From: a virus
Lineage: Duplodnaviria; Caudoviricetes
Length of the DNA: 24,736 nt
IMG/VR virus record: IMGVR_UViG_3300036770_000472
Coordinates: 1 to 24,736 of that record
Direction: 5' to 3' (one strand)
Shown here piece after piece: positions 9,218 to 18,737 of the stretch. A program made the translations under genes and the position numbers. Positions within the stretch are counted from its first letter, which is position 1. Every line of letters begins with the position of its first letter. The notes beneath the pieces were generated by a model. That model did no database searches. It was not told the origin of the DNA and saw only the letters and a list, made by a program, of their open reading frames with translations.

Positions 9218-9478
9218 CTATTTAATAGTATCTGCATTTATTAATAAATTAGCCAAGAAATCAATCTGACTTGGAACCTCCCATGCGCCTGTTTGTTCAT
9301 TAAATATTGCATTTTCACCGGGCTTTGGAGGAATAAATTTGCCATTTATGTAAAGCCCTCCAATATAAGCGGGATTTGATTCGGTATATTCAACAAATCC
9401 ATTGGTATCCCAATCATCATTTGCAACAATGATGTTTTGAACTACGCCATTCTCATCTAATTTAGCAAGCGTTTTCAT
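9218..9478 (-). CDS. Hypothetical protein, probable fibre-associated chaperone/accessory
   Basis: 86 aa, AKLDENGVVQNIIV...AYIGG..Y...FIPPKP...W. ATGA-coupled to the Gly-rich gene; low GC. Confidence 0.7.
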   Translation of the reverse strand: MKTLAKLDENGVVQNIIVANDDWDTNGFVEYTESNPAYIGGLYINGKFIPPKPGENAIFNEQTGAWEVPSQIDFLANLLINADTIK

Positions 9479-10401
9479 GCCAAATACCTCACAACAACCA
9501 AACCGTTATACCCATCACCTCCCGCCCCATTTGCTGGAGTTCCGGCCCCCCATCCACCACCGCCCCCACCGCTTCCATAAGATGTTGCACCAGTGGTAAA
9601 CCTTGCGTGTGAAGTATTATTGCTTAACCCACCAGACCCTGCGCCAGTCCCGCCAACACCACCTCCTGCACCGCTTCCGCTTAAAACAAGGCATCCGCCG
9701 CCGCCGCCCGAACAAATGTAAGTCATTCCGCTAAATGATGTGAAATTCGCTGAAGTAAAGTTTGAATCAATACTTGTTAATTGATACCCTTGGCCTCCAG
9801 CACCACCAGTTCTGGGGCCAGTTGCACCGTTCCCACCACTTTGCCCAGATCCAGCGCCACCGCCACCGCCGCCTGCATAAGTATTCGCATCATTAGATCC
9901 ACTTCCACCTGCATTTGTATTTGACCCAGACGCACCACCCCCTGACCTATTGCCAGCACCCCCTCCGCCTCCAGACCCTCCGGTAGATCCGTTTACGCTT
10001 TCGCTTCCTCCGCCACCTCCGCCAAGAGCGGAAACATAAGTTGTCCCTCCAAGCGAAAAAGATGACGCTCCGCCACTTGCTCCAGCGCCTCCTGTCCCTT
10101 TTGCGCCGATAGTGACAGTGTAATTTCCCGAACCTACCGATACAGTCGTAAATAAATCAAGTTCTGCTCCACCACTACCGCCAGCAACGTTGTTACCTCC
10201 GGCACCTCCAGCTCCGCAAGCCATAACAGAAACGTTACCGCTTCCAGTAACAACAAGAGTTCCTGAAGTGGTAAAGACATGATATTTATAAATGCCAATA
10301 GTTTTTACTTCGTCCCCTCCGGTTGCTGATAATTTCCCACCGCCGGACAAAAGGCCAAAATTTTTTGCAGACGCGGCACCGCTTGTACTTAATAAAGGCA
10401 T
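9475..10401 (-). CDS. Glycine-rich domain virion protein (putative adhesin/fibre tip)
   Basis: Likely start MPLLSTSGAAS at 10401 after GAGGGG. ATGG...YKYHVFTTSG, many GGGGG runs, ends GLVVVRY. Confidence 0.8.
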   Translation of the reverse strand: MPLLSTSGAASAKNFGLLSGGGKLSATGGDEVKTIGIYKYHVFTTSGTLVVTGSGNVSVMACGAGGAGGNNVAGGSGGAELDLFTTVSVGSGNYTVTIGAKGTGGAGASGGASSFSLGGTTYVSALGGGGGGSESVNGSTGGSGGGGGAGNRSGGGASGSNTNAGGSGSNDANTYAGGGGGGAGSGQSGGNGATGPRTGGAGGQGYQLTSIDSNFTSANFTSFSGMTYICSGGGGGCLVLSGSGAGGGVGGTGAGSGGLSNNTSHARFTTGATSYGSGGGGGGWGAGTPANGAGGDGYNGLVVVRYLA

Positions 10402-10411
10402 AAAGTACCCC

Positions 10412-11137
10412 TCAAGCAAATTTTGATTGCGAAGCAAGAATTGTGTATGAACTTGCGGCCGTCTTTATGATGCTAAAAGAATAAGCATCAATAGATGTTG
10501 TATTACCTGCTGATGGGGCCGTTCCACCTTGCCACTTAACCGTAACGTTAGTCGTTGTGCTATCAACTTGAAACCCGGTTGGGTAGTACGCAGTTGGGCC
10601 ATTCGTTACGAGAAACGCGCAAGTAATGGATTGACCCGTGGTGATGAAGTTGTTAAGCGTTGTCGCCGCATCGCCGCGGAAGTTAAACGTCCAGTTGGCG
10701 GAAGCGTTTGACGTGTAATAGTTAACAGCGCGCTCGGTAAGGTCAACGTTAACCGTTCCGGTTGCCGCGGTTGCAGAAACGTTTGCCGTTTCAACCACGG
10801 GTTTGATAACCATCTTCCCTGACGCTGTTATGGCGTCCGTTGTTGAATCGCCAAGCGTTACATTGCCTGATGCGGTAAGCGTTGTGAATGCACCGGCACC
10901 AGCAACGGTTTGACCAATTGATACACCGTTGATCGTTCCTGCGCCCGTCATGTTCCCGCCAAGCGTAAGCGTCTTACCTGATCCAACGTTTAAACCAACG
11001 CTTGTACCGCTGCCCGCTGCCGCGAACAACGCATCGAGCGTATCCATATTCGTGTTGAGTTTGTAACCCCATGTGTCGGTTGATGCGCCAACTTCAGGCT
11101 TGGTAAGTGAAAGGTTACTGGTTGTTGTATCGGCCAT
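10412..11137 (-). CDS. Tail fibre / appendage protein
   Basis: N-terminal [28 protein letters not shown] anchor-type motif, Thr/Gly-rich beta repeats, C-terminal KWQGGTAP...IDAYSF domain. SD GAGG. Confidence 0.75.
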   Translation of the reverse strand: MADTTTSNLSLTKPEVGASTDTWGYKLNTNMDTLDALFAAAGSGTSVGLNVGSGKTLTLGGNMTGAGTINGVSIGQTVAGAGAFTTLTASGNVTLGDSTTDAITASGKMVIKPVVETANVSATAATGTVNVDLTERAVNYYTSNASANWTFNFRGDAATTLNNFITTGQSITCAFLVTNGPTAYYPTGFQVDSTTTNVTVKWQGGTAPSAGNTTSIDAYSFSIIKTAASSYTILASQSKFA

Positions 11138-11148
11138 GATTTACCTCG

Positions 11149-12273
11149 TTATGCGGCATCCCGCCATGGTGAATTGATTGGCGTCCATGTGTTGGACGGA
11201 TCTGTGATGTTTGTCCAGGTGGTGGTAACAGGTGCAACGGGATTCCATTTCAAACCGCCATCGGCTGACATGGATGAACCAACTTGAGCAAATGCTGAAT
11301 CCTCAAGCGTCGTACCGGCATTAGCCGTTGCATTTGATTCAGCGACGGCATGTGCTTGCGGACTTGCATCAACGTTTGCATCAGCCGTTGCATTTGATAC
11401 AGCGCTGGCAATGGCTTGTGATCCTGTATCGGTTTCTGCGTTTGCCGTAACTGTTGATTCAGAAGCGGCAAGCGCAATGCCGCCACGAACCGCAATCCCT
11501 GTTGCAGACTGTTCACTAGTGCTGGCGGCCTGCGCGGTGCCATCTCTGACAAATTCTCCTGATGCGCTTGCCGTGGTTGTGCTGGTTGCGGTTGCAGTTC
11601 CTGATTGAAGGAATGCACCGTTTGCCGTTGCGTTTGTTTCAGATGCTGCACTAGCGGTTGCGCTAAACCGTATACCACCAAGCGCAGTTTGTGTTGAATC
11701 GCTTGCAGCGGCAGCTGTTCCCGAGAACAGAATGCCGCCTGTTGCAGTTGCTTCGCTTGTGCTTGTGGCAAATGCCGATTGACCAGAAACAACTTCAGCA
11801 CTTGCGCTAACCGTTGATGTTGATGCGGCAGTTGCCGTGCCATCGGCAACCATTTGCCCGGTTGCTGTTGCACTGGTATCGCTTGATGCTGGCGCATCAC
11901 TTTGGCGTATAGCCGTTCCGCTAGCCGTTTGCGTTGATTCGCTTGCTGCTGCGGCTGCGCCATCTTGAATGATGGTGCCAGTTGCCGTAACCGTTGAAAC
12001 TGAATTTGCTTCAGCGGTTGCGCTAATAACGCCAGCGCCCGCCGAATACGACCCTGAACCGTAGGCATAGAATCCGTAATTAGCCAATCCGCCCGATATT
12101 TTTTCGCCATCCGCGGCTGCGCTTGATACGGCGGTGCTAACGGCTTCGGCTTCAATACCGCCTGGCGCAGAATATTTACTGACGCCATAGGCACCGCCGC
12201 CGTAATTACTAACAGCTGCATCGGTTCCCCATTTGCCGCTGCCGTAAGCACCATTGCCATAGTTAAGGGCCAT
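11149..12273 (-). CDS. Ala/Thr/Ser-rich repetitive virion fibre protein
   Basis: 374 aa with three N-terminal YGxxAYG motifs, about 13 tandem 20-aa repeats and a Trp-spaced C-terminus. Confidence 0.75.
   Translation of the reverse strand: MALNYGNGAYGSGKWGTDAAVSNYGGGAYGVSKYSAPGGIEAEAVSTAVSSAAADGEKISGGLANYGFYAYGSGSYSAGAGVISATAEANSVSTVTATGTIIQDGAAAAASESTQTASGTAIRQSDAPASSDTSATATGQMVADGTATAASTSTVSASAEVVSGQSAFATSTSEATATGGILFSGTAAAASDSTQTALGGIRFSATASAASETNATANGAFLQSGTATATSTTTASASGEFVRDGTAQAASTSEQSATGIAVRGGIALAASESTVTANAETDTGSQAIASAVSNATADANVDASPQAHAVAESNATANAGTTLEDSAFAQVGSSMSADGGLKWNPVAPVTTTWTNITDPSNTWTPINSPWRDAA
11260..12039 (-). repeat. 13 x 60-bp (20-aa) degenerate tandem coding repeat
   Basis: Units such as GTIIQDGAAAAASESTQTAS / GTAIRQSDAPASSDTSATAT / GGILFSGTAAAASDSTQTAL / GEFVRDGTAQAASTSEQSAT, each 20 aa. 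Confidence 0.85.
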
Positions 12274-12277
12274 TCAC

Positions 12278-12673
12278 TTACGCCAAAGTGACTGACAGAT
12301 TTCCAGTTGCAAAACGGAATACATCACCACTTCCAACAGCTTTGCTTGCCGTTAGATCAGCCCATGACAGCATATTGCCTGATGTGCTGGCGTCGAAAAT
12401 GGCAGCCGCCACAACCGTACCCCATGAACCGGATGCCGTTGGAAATTCAACGTTAGCCGAATTGGATGCTGTTGTTGGCGATGTACCTGTCACACTGAAC
12501 GTTGCCGCGGTGCGTGCGTAGCTGTTGCCCGATACTTCCGTACCGCCGCCAGCATCCGTAGGTGCAACGGTGAAAAGACCAACGTAAAGCGAAGATGGTG
12601 ATGTGTAAGCCGTGTTAGTAAACACATGCTTCATCACTTTATCTTCAAGATAATCTGAAAATGAACCTGCCAT
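12278..12673 (-). CDS. Conserved small virion structural protein
   Basis: 131 aa, SDYLE...LYVGLFT..P.D.GGGTEVSG..YAR...FPTA...WGTV...DASTSGN; a beta-sandwich type usually found next to fibre genes. Confidence 0.75.
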   Translation of the reverse strand: MAGSFSDYLEDKVMKHVFTNTAYTSPSSLYVGLFTVAPTDAGGGTEVSGNSYARTAATFSVTGTSPTTASNSANVEFPTASGSWGTVVAAAIFDASTSGNMLSWADLTASKAVGSGDVFRFATGNLSVTLA

Positions 12674-12674
12674 G

Positions 12675-13295
12675 TTAGTAGCTCCTTGCTCTCATGCGCG
12701 GCGTTGTGCCGCTAAAGTTTGACCTTTGCTCTTCAAGCATCAGATCGTTGAAGGCTTCCTTATATAGAGTGCCCCAAGTGGTAATGCGATCATCATCGCG
12801 CAAGTAAGGTGCGCTTTGAACCAATGCGCCATATAGATACATGGCTGGCGATTTCGCAAGCAACCAGTTGCTTGTATTGCTATCCGAAAGCGCCGGAATC
12901 TTTTTGTAGTACGACATTTCAACCGTGTATTCGCCACCAGGCGTTGGGATCACTTCAAACGTTTGACCGACAATTGAGTAATACTTGGGTTCGTTGGCGG
13001 CTGCAAAGTAAGTGGATCGCAAATCGTCGGCTTGCTCGTTGCTCACAAATGACAGCTTCATAGGCGTTGCTGTGTTCAACTGTATGTTGATCATTTGCAG
13101 GAAATCGGCAGGCAACTCGGTGTACTGCGTATCAAGTGATGCCGTTGCGCGCTGCACCATATCGCGCGTTCTCACATTGCGATTGAACGTTGCTTCCGCC
13201 AACTCGATGAATGTCGGAATGACGGACGTCAAGTCATCGCGGTTCAACCAATCCGCAATGCTTGTTTTCAATCCGCTGTAAGTATTCAGTGCCAT
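12675..13295 (-). CDS. Head-tail adaptor protein
   Basis: MALNTYSGLKTSIADWLNRDDLT..IPTFIELAE...LPADFL...P..Y...YLYGAL pattern; neck position after the capsid genes. Confidence 0.8.
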   Translation of the reverse strand: MALNTYSGLKTSIADWLNRDDLTSVIPTFIELAEATFNRNVRTRDMVQRATASLDTQYTELPADFLQMINIQLNTATPMKLSFVSNEQADDLRSTYFAAANEPKYYSIVGQTFEVIPTPGGEYTVEMSYYKKIPALSDSNTSNWLLAKSPAMYLYGALVQSAPYLRDDDRITTWGTLYKEAFNDLMLEEQRSNFSGTTPRMRARSY

Positions 13296-13999
13296 CAAGC
13301 CACCTTTTGAGATTCTTCGACCGGCGCGCCAGCTTGTTTTCTGCGCTCATCTTCCATCGGTCGGAGTGCCCAGGTATGCTCGTGCTTATACTCAAAGGTT
13401 CCGATGTGTCCAATTTGCTTGGACAGGTCATGATCAATATACAACGGAATGCCGTTCTCCCGCAACAGCTTGCAGAAATAGACATCTTCGCCCATGTAAC
13501 CTTTTGCCGCGGTATCCCATGGCGTTGCAAACCATGGCATGTCAATGACTTTGAAAACGTTGATGTCCACCAGCATCACGCCAGTGCCAACCATATCAAC
13601 TTGCTCCAAACCCGTGTCTTCGGGCATCGAGTAACGCAATACTTTTCTTCCTGTTGCTTTATCGTAGTTGCCAGCCGTGGGGCCGGTTGGCATTCTGCGC
13701 CTGGCGCAGTTTGCCGCCACAACGCACTCGCCATGGGCCAGTAGGCGCGCGATGGTGTCAGCCGGAAAGCGCATGTCGCTATCAAGAAACAGCAGATAGT
13801 CTGCATTGGCGTGGATAGCGTTCATGACTAATTCGGTGCGCTGCGAGCAAAGCAATGTACCTTGGCTCATCAGCAAATTCACAATGTCACCCGTGTTGCC
13901 AATGTGGTGGCTAACAGCATTCACCAAGTCAAAGGTGAACATCGTATGTACTTCATCGCGTGCCGGCACGCAAACAGAAATAATCCGTTTATCAGTCAT
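13295..13999 (-). CDS. GT-A fold glycosyltransferase (GT2-like)
   Basis: ISVCVP, ADYLLFLDSD (DxD), VGTGVMLV, GEDVYFC and IGHIG. Shares one base with each neighbour (TAATG, TGATG). Confidence 0.85.
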   Translation of the reverse strand: MTDKRIISVCVPARDEVHTMFTFDLVNAVSHHIGNTGDIVNLLMSQGTLLCSQRTELVMNAIHANADYLLFLDSDMRFPADTIARLLAHGECVVAANCARRRMPTGPTAGNYDKATGRKVLRYSMPEDTGLEQVDMVGTGVMLVDINVFKVIDMPWFATPWDTAAKGYMGEDVYFCKLLRENGIPLYIDHDLSKQIGHIGTFEYKHEHTWALRPMEDERRKQAGAPVEESQKVA

Positions 14000-14319
14000 T
14001 AAACCCTCCCAGGTCTTGTGCGAAAGTGTCGATTGTCTGGATCATTAAGCCAGCGCTTAAAGTCCGTTTGATTGCGCGTGATGCCTTTACCTACCAGTTC
14101 CATAAATAAATTCATAGGAATGGAAGCGACCTTCACGCCATGACCATCACCTGACCATCTTGCACGTTCATCGACCTGGTTGAATTCAGTCTTATTGGTT
14201 TCAACAATGGGTTGGACGTTTTGGATTGTCTCGATGACAGCCGTATCGGTATCCTCATCAAAATGCCAGATTCGGGTGATACCTAGAAGCTCGTCTTGTT
14301 CAAAGATCCGTTTTTCCAT
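13999..14319 (-). CDS. Conserved hypothetical protein following the major capsid gene
   Basis: 106 aa, Q.V.PI...NK...KVASIP...WLNDPDNR.FRT. Confidence 0.8.
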   Translation of the reverse strand: MEKRIFEQDELLGITRIWHFDEDTDTAVIETIQNVQPIVETNKTEFNQVDERARWSGDGHGVKVASIPMNLFMELVGKGITRNQTDFKRWLNDPDNRHFRTRPGRV

Positions 14320-14321
14320 GT

Positions 14322-14345
14322 AAAAAAGGGCGGGTTTCCCCGCCC
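14322..14345 (-). terminator. Rho-independent terminator after the capsid gene
   Basis: Minus strand GGGCGGG-GAAA-CCCGCCC-TTTTTT, about 15 nt after the MCP stop. Confidence 0.9.
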
Positions 14346-14360
14346 CTTCCTAAGTCAAGA

Positions 14361-15323
14361 TTACGACGTGAGTAGGTCAGCGGCAATGCCGTGTGCCTTC
14401 TCGTTGTATACGGCAAGACCGTATTCCGCCAAAAGCAAGCGCTTCTCAGCGTCACCCGTGGTTGCAAGTTCAACTTGCTGGAATGGGCGCAGGAAATGCA
14501 CGCCAGCGTAGTCGGGCGACAATACAAACGCATCGCGCTCACGCTGGAAGCGGTTGGGAACAATGTTGACTTGGCCAAAGTCTCCGACGTAGATGTCAGC
14601 CGCGCCAATGATCTGCGCCTGCTTTCCAGCCGGCACATCGCGGTAACGCGTTGCAATACCGTTGAAACCGCTAACGGTTTGCTTGTTGACTGGACCAGTC
14701 ATCACAATTGAAGGCTCGCCGCCACTCGTCCACACTTGCTGAAGGACGCTCTTAAGGATCGTCTCAGTAAACGTGCGAACCGTTCCATCCGAACGCGTTG
14801 CTGTGGGAAGCGTGGTGTACGAAGGATTGCCGCCACCTGAACCAACGGATGTGTTGGTCTTGATGAACGCCAACAACGAACCAGTCTTTTGTGCGGTTGT
14901 GGAGTCACCAGCAGTTGCGCCTTGGTTGGCCAACAGGATGGTTTCCATGTCACGCTTTAACTCGGCAGCTTTCTTCGCCAACTGGTAAGCCAGTTCGCTC
15001 TTACGACCTGCTTTGTTAACGGCTTCCATGGTGCCGGAAATCACAACAGTCTTGCGGCTAATCTGTGTGTAGTTGCCCAACTGAACGGTTGGCGATACGG
15101 CTTCATAAGTAGTGAGATCATCACCCTGAAGCGCTGCGTTGCTAGTTGTTGCATCAGCAAGTGCGTCGGTCTGCCACTGGAACAGCGTATTGGAAGCGGT
15201 ACCGCGACCAATATTGTTCATGAAAGGCGTGGTTTCGGGAGAAATGTTGTAAATCTGATTGCTTAGATCCTCACGGATACCCTTTGCAGAGTAGGTGAGG
15301 AAGGTGTTTGATGCGATTGTCAT
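14361..15323 (-). CDS. Major capsid protein (SU10/DUF5309-like)
   Basis: GIREDLSNQIYNISPETTPF, WQTDAL, NYTQI, ELAYQ..K...ELKRDME and DFG....VPNRF; follows the scaffold gene. Confidence 0.92.
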   Translation of the reverse strand: MTIASNTFLTYSAKGIREDLSNQIYNISPETTPFMNNIGRGTASNTLFQWQTDALADATTSNAALQGDDLTTYEAVSPTVQLGNYTQISRKTVVISGTMEAVNKAGRKSELAYQLAKKAAELKRDMETILLANQGATAGDSTTAQKTGSLLAFIKTNTSVGSGGGNPSYTTLPTATRSDGTVRTFTETILKSVLQQVWTSGGEPSIVMTGPVNKQTVSGFNGIATRYRDVPAGKQAQIIGAADIYVGDFGQVNIVPNRFQRERDAFVLSPDYAGVHFLRPFQQVELATTGDAEKRLLLAEYGLAVYNEKAHGIAADLLTS

Positions 15324-15331
15324 GATAGTTC

Positions 15332-16342
15332 CTAAAGAAGATGTTCAAAAAGTTTGGCTGCGTCACGGACGTTGCCCGTTTTTGCAAGGCGCTGTCTGGC
15401 GCGTGTTACCTCATTCACTTGAACCTTCGCGGCTTGTGGATTACCTGGCGCAACAGTCTTTGTCTTTGGCGCTTCAACCTTAGCTTTCACCGTTTGTTGC
15501 TTCGCCATAATCTGATCAAACATCATGGCTTTGCGTAAAACCTTTACGACACGATGATCAACAACGCCCTTCAAATCATCGGGTGAAAAGCCTTCTTTGA
15601 CGCCAAAATCAATCAATGCAGCTTTTTCGGATTTAGCCGTGTCTGGATTCTTCCATTCCGGTATGGCAGAAACCAACAAATTCGCTTCTTCCTTCAACTT
15701 AGCCTGCATTGCGCGATGATATTCCTGCTGTTGCAACTGATTCAAGCGCTGGAGTTCGGCCTGTGATGCCGCCAATTTCTCTGAACGCTGACGCTGCAAC
15801 TCGGTTTGCCGCACCCACTCAATTGGATCTTCCCTATAAAGTTTTTCCATATCGACGGGTGATTCTTGCTGCTGCTGCAATTGTTGTTGCAATGCAGTAA
15901 GCAACTGTGCATAAGTGGCACGCTCTTCACGGACTGCACCAAGCTCTGCTTCAGCGGCTTTGCGCTGTTCTGCAAGTGCTTGTGTTTTCCGTGTGTAATC
16001 CGCGGTGCGCTGATAGCCTTTGAGCAATTCGTCAAGCGGAACCTTCTCTTCCTTACCATCAACTTTAACGGTGAAAGTGGGTGGCTCTTCGGGTTGCTTG
16101 CTTTCTTCGCTTTCCTCGGACTCGCTGGACGCTTCAACGTCATCAGACTCTTCGCCTTGCTCGTCTGAATCGGCTGCATCATCCCCTGACGCCTCAACGT
16201 CGCCCTGTGGCTCCGTTTCGGCTTGCGCCTCTGTCGCTGCCTGTTCTCCGTCTTCTTCGGCAAGCAATGCTTCAAAGGCTTGTGCGGCTTCACGCACACT
16301 CATGGCGGCATTATCCGCCAAAACAACTGATTCGTCACTCAT
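15332..16342 (-). CDS. Capsid scaffolding protein
   Basis: Acidic N-terminus, TVKVDGKEEKVPLDELLKGYQRTADYTRKTQALAE, coiled coil and C-terminal KTGNVRDAA. Confidence 0.88.
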   Translation of the reverse strand: MSDESVVLADNAAMSVREAAQAFEALLAEEDGEQAATEAQAETEPQGDVEASGDDAADSDEQGEESDDVEASSESEESEESKQPEEPPTFTVKVDGKEEKVPLDELLKGYQRTADYTRKTQALAEQRKAAEAELGAVREERATYAQLLTALQQQLQQQQESPVDMEKLYREDPIEWVRQTELQRQRSEKLAASQAELQRLNQLQQQEYHRAMQAKLKEEANLLVSAIPEWKNPDTAKSEKAALIDFGVKEGFSPDDLKGVVDHRVVKVLRKAMMFDQIMAKQQTVKAKVEAPKTKTVAPGNPQAAKVQVNEVTRARQRLAKTGNVRDAAKLFEHLL

Positions 16343-16614
16343 AAGATTCCCTGTTTCGATTCGGACCGCTTGCGCATACGATCAATCGTGGCGCGCGTGA
16401 GCGTTCCATCTGCCAAGACACTGCTGAAAAACTGTTGCACACGTTCAAGTGCTTTGAATTCGGAAAAGATTTTCTCTCTAACGTCAACCGATTCACTCAT
16501 TGCCCAATCGTCAAGCAATTGTTGCCTAACGGCTGACCACGATTCTTGGTAAAGCGTGCTTTCTAAAATGCGCCTTGCTTCATTGCTGCGCTGGATACGT
16601 TCTTCGTTAGTCAT
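16339..16614 (-). CDS. Small conserved protein between portal and scaffold
   Basis: 91 aa, helical, ATGA overlaps at both ends. Confidence 0.8.
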   Translation of the reverse strand: MTNEERIQRSNEARRILESTLYQESWSAVRQQLLDDWAMSESVDVREKIFSEFKALERVQQFFSSVLADGTLTRATIDRMRKRSESKQGIL

Positions 16615-18734
16615 TGCATGGGTTGCATGGGTTGCTGTGCTTCCATTTGCATACGCTCACGATCAACGGCCATCTTGGCGTTGATTTCGGCTTGCGTTTG
16701 CGCCAGGCTCACACCGTATTTCAATTCCATTTCTTGGCGGCGCAATATGCCATCTTGTTCAATCCTGTCGCGCTCACGATCATCAGCGCGAAGCATTTTC
16801 TCACGTTCCAGTGCCAACTCTGCTGCTTTCTTTTCAATATCGGCTTGGATTGCCTGAACCTGTACTTGCGTCAATGCTTCAGAAGGATCAGGACGTGGTT
16901 GCGGTTGCGGTGGCGCGTAGTCCATGGGCAATTGATTGATAAATTGCGTTGTGTCCTTGTATCCCGCCATCTCGATCAGCTTGCCTAGCGTGTTGGCGTA
17001 TTGACCAATTGTCACCAACGGATTATTAGGGCCAAGCGATTGAAGGATTTGTTCTTGCTTGGCGGTAATCGCTTGCAAGAATTGGATCTTCTCGTCAGCG
17101 CCACCCGTTCCAAGACCAACGTTAACGCTTACATCCATCGTTGCATCCCAGGCGCGTGGATCAACTTCCACCCACTGGTTGCGCAAACGCACAACGCGCG
17201 GCTTGTCTTGATGGCGCGTGATCAGGCGCAGCAATCCTTTGAACAAACGCTTCATGCCGATTTCGGCAAAGATGCGTGCAATCAACTCGATATGCTGTTG
17301 GGCGGCTTGAACAGTCGCTTGGACCGCCAAACGTGTTGTGGACTGCAATGCGTCTGCATTCAAGCCCATCGACGCTTTCGACATGCCAGTGCGCGCTTCT
17401 TTAACCTGATCCATGTACTCGATCATGCCAAAGGCTTGTTGGCCAACAAATGGCGTATTGAATGGCTGCACCATGCCTGGCGCTCTGGCGCGAATAATGG
17501 CGCCGTTCTCATTGTTCAACACATCATCAAGATTGACTTGACCTTCAACGACAACGGTGCGCGGGTGAATGGATTGCGCCAACGAATCAAGCATGTTGCG
17601 AAGAATCACGGACTTGATGCGCTGGATGTCCATCGTGACATCAGCCGTTGACATGCCAAAAAACGTATGCGGTTCAGGATCAGGCACAAAGTAGGTGAAC
17701 GGTATATCGTCAGCCGGCTCGTTGGCAACGATCTTATATGACGGACCCATGGTGCAAATCTTGCGCAACTCGGCAATGCCATCGCCATCAACATCAAGGC
17801 GAATATATGATTCAAGATATAAGACGCGGCGCTGCGCAGGGTTGTTATCACTTTCACCAAACATCATTTGTGCAGGATTGCGCGCAATGCGTTCAATGTT
17901 AGTGTCTAGCTCATCTTCACCCGTGTTGGATTCAACCTCTTCTTGGTCGTAACCCATGGCCACCAACTCAGAAACAGTGGCAAGTTTGCGATGAGCAACA
18001 ATATCGGCGTCTTCAAAACTGCGAGCGCGTCTGTCAATGATGAATTCTTCGGGCGCCAATGATTCAACACGCACTTTCTTGATCGTTGTCTTGCGGCGGA
18101 TCTTGACTTCGTGAACCATCACGGTTGGCGTTAGTTGCTGACCAGTGACTGGATCAATAACGGGTGGTGGCGCGTTGTTGTCGATCTCGCTTTGAAGATC
18201 AACCATTTCAACGCCATCTTGGCTCAACAGTAACGTTAGCTGCGCATCATCCATGCCGCTATACGTTTCGTTTTTTTGGTAGACCTTTTCATCAATCCAC
18301 CACTTAATTACACCCGTTTTCCGCACCAAAGCATCTTTGAAAGCGGCGTGAAGCGTCACAAAGAAATTATTGTCTTCGTTCAGAATGTATCGGACATAGT
18401 CGGTGGCTTGCTCTGCCATCGGCACATCTTCTTTGGAACGCGGCACATACTGCACAACGTTCTCGCTGGAAAAGAAAATGCGCATAAGGCTTGGCAAAAT
18501 GGCTTGTACGGTGTCGCGCACATCCATTGAAACAACTTGGCTGCGACCCTCTTCTTCATCGCCAAACGCATCGCCAAAATAATACTCGGTGGCTTTGGCG
18601 CGAAGATTGCCAATCTCCAAGTCGATGAAATTAACAGCGTCATAAAGTTCAGCGGCAACAACGGCTTGAATCTCCGTGTCATCCATCTTTTGGCCGGATT
18701 TGATGCCCGTTGCAAGTTCCGCTTCAATGTCCAT
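16611..18734 (-). CDS. Portal protein (P22-like, long C-terminal coiled-coil)
   Basis: 707 aa, EEEGRSQVVSMDVRDTV...PSLMRIF, FKDAL..KTG, PEPHTFFG.S; upstream of scaffold and MCP. Confidence 0.92.
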   Translation of the reverse strand: MDIEAELATGIKSGQKMDDTEIQAVVAAELYDAVNFIDLEIGNLRAKATEYYFGDAFGDEEEGRSQVVSMDVRDTVQAILPSLMRIFFSSENVVQYVPRSKEDVPMAEQATDYVRYILNEDNNFFVTLHAAFKDALVRKTGVIKWWIDEKVYQKNETYSGMDDAQLTLLLSQDGVEMVDLQSEIDNNAPPPVIDPVTGQQLTPTVMVHEVKIRRKTTIKKVRVESLAPEEFIIDRRARSFEDADIVAHRKLATVSELVAMGYDQEEVESNTGEDELDTNIERIARNPAQMMFGESDNNPAQRRVLYLESYIRLDVDGDGIAELRKICTMGPSYKIVANEPADDIPFTYFVPDPEPHTFFGMSTADVTMDIQRIKSVILRNMLDSLAQSIHPRTVVVEGQVNLDDVLNNENGAIIRARAPGMVQPFNTPFVGQQAFGMIEYMDQVKEARTGMSKASMGLNADALQSTTRLAVQATVQAAQQHIELIARIFAEIGMKRLFKGLLRLITRHQDKPRVVRLRNQWVEVDPRAWDATMDVSVNVGLGTGGADEKIQFLQAITAKQEQILQSLGPNNPLVTIGQYANTLGKLIEMAGYKDTTQFINQLPMDYAPPQPQPRPDPSEALTQVQVQAIQADIEKKAAELALEREKMLRADDRERDRIEQDGILRRQEMELKYGVSLAQTQAEINAKMAVDRERMQMEAQQPMQPMQ

Positions 18735-18737
18735 GTG

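Noticed and set aside
11250-12260. 336-aa alternative-frame ORF overlapping the repeat fibre gene
   Set aside because: Its Q/L/P/R-rich composition is what a shifted reading of GCA/ACx/TCA codons gives. I saw no SD or slippery site.
9218-12673. Invertible tail-fibre cassette driven by the serine recombinase (Gin/Cin-like)
   Set aside because: All fibre genes are co-oriented, and I saw no inverted alternative tip or flanking inverted repeats by eye. An einverted run would be needed to exclude it fully.
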